A DNA stretch of 64,000 nucleotides from positions 6,448,001 through 6,512,000 of the forward strand of contig NC_134025.1 of the NCBI RefSeq assembly GCF_964204645.1, given 5' to 3'. The stretch's first letter is position 1; each line of letters opens with the position of its first letter. Source of the DNA: Tubulanus polymorphus. Lineage: Eukaryota > Animalia > Nemertea. The notes below the pieces were generated by a model. It did no database searches. It saw nothing but the letters and a program-made list of their open reading frames with translations, and was not told where the DNA came from. Shown here in pieces: positions 59,143-64,000 of the stretch. Both the position numbers and the translations under genes were made by a program.

Positions 59143-60613
59143 AATATCTAAATATTCAAATTCATGAACTGGACTCCGTTTTATCGCCACCATATATTTC
59201 AAATTCTAGAGAACAAATATTCTTGGATGAATTTGATCGATGCGACAGTTGAAAGTGAAAGTAATTGCGTATTTCTTTCGGATACACAGGAAAAAATCAA
59301 TCGTAAAATCCACTTAATTATGTCGCGTTGACAGCCTTGAATTGAATTCGAAATAACGGTTTAAAAATGTGTGTCTCGTGGCTCTAAAATATCGACATCT
59401 GGTTAGTTATTTTAACGAATTGCATTTCTATGTCGAATGCCTAGAGCCGAAGCCCGCTGCCTGGTGGAAGCGACTAACACCAATTGACATTTTTTTTCTA
59501 GATGAAGTGATGCTCATGTTTTATTCATGTCTGATCTTTCAAGCAAGTGAAAATCATATTTCATCAAAAAGCTTTCTCCAGATATCTAATAATAGTTGAA
59601 CGGACACATCGTAAAAAGACGATAAAGACTTTGCACCATTGTAAGTGACGCCATAAAATATTCATCAACGCAAAAGATTAGTTTAGGTTTTTCATCATTC
59701 GCATTCAAATACTTCAATACGAGAATGAATGTACGTCAGTATTCTTTAGAATGCAGTCGTTAACAATTGTTCATGTATAGCAAATTAATTGGATTATAAC
59801 ATTAAAAGAATCCAGTGCCGTGGACAATGCAATACTGACCCCAAAAACCCTCCTTTTTAACTGTGGCAACACACTTCAATGATCATTTTCGGTTCGGCCT
59901 TAATGAAATTTGTAGACATCTCACACAGACAACCCAATGGAGAGGAAATTATTGCGAGTTCTGTTAGACGAGTCAATAAAATGCAGATTTGTATTCTGAA
60001 CAGGAAATTTCGGTTTTAGTCGAGTATCAAGTTTCATTAGCTAATGGAATACAAAATTTATCTATGTCTCGCTGCGGTCGTCGCTGACTGATCCTAAACT
60101 AAAATTGAACAAGGGAATTTTTGATTTCGAAGTCACACAAAAAATTCAGCAGGTGTGGCAACAGTAAATTAAGCTAGAAAGATCGATCGTTGAGCACCAT
60201 TTTTCGGATGATGGAAAATGTGTAATATTATTTCAGCTGCAGCTGCTAAATCAAAAATTCAATTATAATGCAATCATTTGACACTTGAATCACATGTCAT
60301 TAGAATCAAAACTCAGAGAGCTATAGTTATACAGTAGAGTGCAGCAAATGAGTCCAACCAGTACAAACCACGTCATAAACCATGCCTTATTCTACCCAAC
60401 AATAATAAACCATAGATACCTCGATATTACTTCTATCACCCAAAACCAGACATCTCCGATACCATCCATCATAAAAAACACTTTCTAAAAAGCTCAAAAC
60501 CCGTAAATTCTCATCAAGTAAAATCCATAAATACACTTCGATGTCATTTCTTTAATTTCCCCCCACTTAACATCGGACAAAAGCCACGACCAGTATATCA
60601 CGCATTATATCAG

Positions 60614-61620
60614 ATGGAAGTTCACTGCGGCAGCAACAGCAGCAGTACACAGTATGATACAGTCCCTTTAAGAAATAAATATATTGAACAGATCCCTGTT
60701 CAGGCGTTCAGTCCATTGAAAGAGACACACATGACACAAGCGATACGTGATGTCGGAAACTGGAGGACTTATTCACATTGGATCGTAATAGCAATAGCCA
60801 GGTATGTGAAACTTTCCTTACACCTTGACCATCATTTCCTTTTTTATTCCAGCTATTTCTCTCGGAAGATTTTTTACGTATTTACTGCCGGTCGGAGAAA
60901 TGTGAAGTTGTGATAAAATTTTATCGTTTTTAATATTTTTTGAAAAATATTTCATGTTTCTATGCAATACAAGAAAGGTGTGAATAGATCTGAAATTGAT
61001 TTTATTAGTCAATGCTATTTCAGTTTTACATTTTCTTATAGTTTCGTTGTCCGGAATACATTAACTACTAGATTTGACTGATCTTGATTAAAGTCAGGTG
61101 TCATCATACAGAAGTCGTACATCTCACAAAGAACATTGGGAAATTGGCAAAATCGAAGCAAATATCAATTGCTGTTATATTTATGTCTGCTGGGCAGTAA
61201 GCTCGGTTTTTATTGTTATAATGATCACTATAGCAACAGCTTATATAAAGGCCAAATCGACAAGAACAGAAAAAAATATCGAGCAAATAATTCGCAGTCA
61301 GTTGCGAGGAAAGATGAGCGAAATGTCAACAATAATCTGGGAATATCCATCAGCAGATGACAATACTATCACAGGCCCTCAACAGAGTCCACTGTAATTT
61401 CGATAAAAACTTTCGACTGATCAAATCTGAATTGACACGCTGATGAAATTATGATACATCTGCGAATTAGATTAATACGGACAACACTGGCTCGAGCAGC
61501 GTTGAAAAAAGTGAGCTCGTAATATTCTCCGACAACTGCGGCGATAACAAATATTCTGCTATGGCCATCTTTCTGTCCCCATTCTGCCATACAACATTTG
61601 CAGCTACGAGCCTAGTTCTT
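60614..61620 (+). pseudogene. Possible decayed rhodopsin-class GPCR nested antisense in an MDN1 intron
   Basis: Ordered hydrophobic pieces in shifting frames: TYSHWIVIAIARYV (TM3/DRY-like), AKSKQISIAVIFMSA (TM4-like), WAVSSVFIVIMITIATAYIKAK (TM5-like) and ILPYNIC (TM6-like). Confidence 0.3.
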
Positions 61621-64000
61621 TTGATTTGTAACTTTTAGGATTGCCCAAGGATTTCTCTTTATTTGGAGCTAATCAAGTTGAATGACTTGTAGGTACTTAA
61701 ATGTGACGTGAAAAGACAAGAGTATCTGTGCTATGTGCTGTGTGCTATTCGCAAACGCCAACTTAAGCCACTACATGAAGTCTCTGTAGTATTTTACAGC
61801 CGATAAAATAGTGACCATAAAAGCGTATTATGTCTCCAGTGGGTAGTTGATTGCCACTTTTACCGATAAGAAATGATCCACTCGGATGCTATCGAACACA
61901 GGTCAACTAACTTTTACATTATTGAAGTTAATGATGTTTTTGTATTACATGCGCATATGATGTGTTTGAGAAATGAAGAAAAACTGAAAACTTGAAAAGG
62001 TTTGTCTGTAACTTAGGGTAATCAGATGTAACAGTAACCGTAGCAGTAACTTGCACCCATATGCACCATGCACAGGGTCCGATTTCTTTATTCCTAGTAC
62101 AGCCAGATGGCTGCACTGGATCCTTCATTACCATATAGCGCACTTAAAAATATATCGACTTATTACATTGTATGCATGGCTTATGCAAAAACAAATATAT
62201 ATACTACTATGTGTATGAAATGAAGAAAAAGTGAAAACTCTTTAACTCTTAAAGAATATTTGTTAGTAACTCAGGGTAATCAGACGTCTGATTACTGGAC
62301 AGCGGTGCGATGACCTTGGACATGGACGCTTGACACAAATACATAACCAGTAGGTCGTCATTGAGTTAACAGTCGGAGCAATATCTCAGAGATTTAATTA
62401 CGGACATCATCTTACGAATGCATCCCCGATGACAACCAGCGTACGACAACAACCACCGAACAGTCCAACGGATGATGAGCTGAACATTTGATATTAGAAC
62501 TGGATCCACTAATGGAGAAACGTTGCTTGTAGTAGAACTGAATTCGGTTGGGGGCTGTTCATAAAACGTCTATAAAACTATGCAGGAGAGTGGTAAAAAA
62601 TCCCTCTCACAGAAGCTTGAAAATTGGCAGTTTTGCCGATAACCATTTAGTGAATTCGTTTGACTGAGTATAAATATCTCAAACACTTAATACAGTACAC
62701 TACAGACACTACGACATTTATAGCAATACGCATTGAATCCGGACAACGATGACATCATGAAATCTTGAATATAATCAGTTTGAACTCGACCGGGATGGAT
62801 TTTTTGTCAAGATTGACACTAACTTTCTGTCGGTATGCGCATATTCAATGACTCTAGCGACTAACGCTGAATCGAGTTGGCACGCATCACGGATTCTGAA
62901 CCACGCTCCTCGCGATCTAAAAACTTCTGTCATCAATTCAGTCGCGCAAATGCCAATATTTGAATACCTGTCGCAGTGCGGAATGTTTAAATTCCGGCGG
63001 TATCAAGAGAATTAAGAGCTAATCACACAGTAACCTGAAGTATCAAACCCTCCAGATAATTAGATCTTCACATGTTGATAATAACCTCAAATGACTTCAA
63101 CGAAAAATGACAGAACAAGAAATCAAACTTTCCGAGGACTTTTATCTACCGGTACTTTCTTCTACCTTTCTGTTCTTTGCATCGCAAAGAAGGAATGGAT
63201 TTGCTTGTTGCTATGGAAACAAATTACCTTATTAATAGATTAATGTAAATTATCGAATCACCATGATAACGTAAAGGTTAGAAAAAATGGGCTGATCTCT
63301 AGCATCTCAAGATTTCTTAGACACAAGGATCCATCGGAATACATAAGAAATCCTTTTTCAAATATGAAATACAGAAACTAAAGCTTTGTTACGTCAAAAA
63401 AATGTTTCAGATCTTAGAGCGAACTTTTCCCCCGAGAAGGCCTATATTTAGAGTCAGTCGTATTTGTTGATCTGGGAATGAACTATCAAGGTATTCGTTT
63501 AATGCCACAATCACGCAGCAAAAGCCATTTTGACCCGTCATTTCTTCCATATGTATCGATCGATCGACTCAGAAAGCCGATACCCATTCACAGGCCATAT
63601 ATAACATTACATGTCAACCGCATATTTTTAACGCTATCAAACATTCGCAGGCATTTGTCAGCTAACGTTTTAAACGAGCTTGAAGAAGTAGATATTCCTA
63701 TTTACTTAATAAAAAAGAAACTGAAAGGTTCTATCATTGGGAAGAGCGATATTCAATAGGAAATAGAATCTTAAGAATGACATCGCAACGCGCGACCAAT
63801 ACAGCGCGAATAAAATCAATACATCGCTGAAAAACGAAAAACTCCAATAAATTTATTCCAAATAGTTTATAGCATGTTGAAATGTATTGAAGCGGTTTGA
63901 TACATTTTGATCATTGCGTAACACTTTGCGCTAATTTTTTCGAGTTAAGTGATCAATTACCGAGATAATGGAGAAATCATGTTAGCTCCTGAGATAGATT

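Noticed and set aside
60600-62600. Second viral fragment (glycoprotein-like) on the minus strand
   Set aside because: Only scattered cysteines and hydrophobic runs. No ordered motif series comparable to the 55-57 kb candidate.

Overview
AT-rich, intron-dense animal (invertebrate-type) genomic DNA, not prokaryotic. No CRISPR array, rRNA or genuine tRNA gene was seen. Gene order: 3' part of PRDM4 (+), parvin (-), a COA1-like gene (-, absent from the ORF track), POLR3B (+), an island of single-coding-exon genes (CD225/dispanin, an orphan multi-pass membrane protein, two UGTs and a truncated third UGT), INCENP (-), and the 3' part of midasin MDN1 (-), which continues past the window end. Repeats include a ~1.4 kb tandem duplication with a long hairpin in each copy, piggyBac-, hAT- and Harbinger-type non-autonomous elements, a tRNA-derived SINE, a Penelope-type minimal hammerhead inside a foldback, and a (TA)119 tract. 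The most interesting signal is in the unusually large MDN1 introns: a ~2.1 kb decayed reading frame (55.15-57.25 kb, antisense to MDN1) whose motifs look colinear with the N-terminal third of a bunyavirus (phenuivirus-like) L protein, i.e. a candidate endogenous viral element. Reference-protein comparisons are from memory and by eye, so they need database confirmation. Exon coordinates were read manually.
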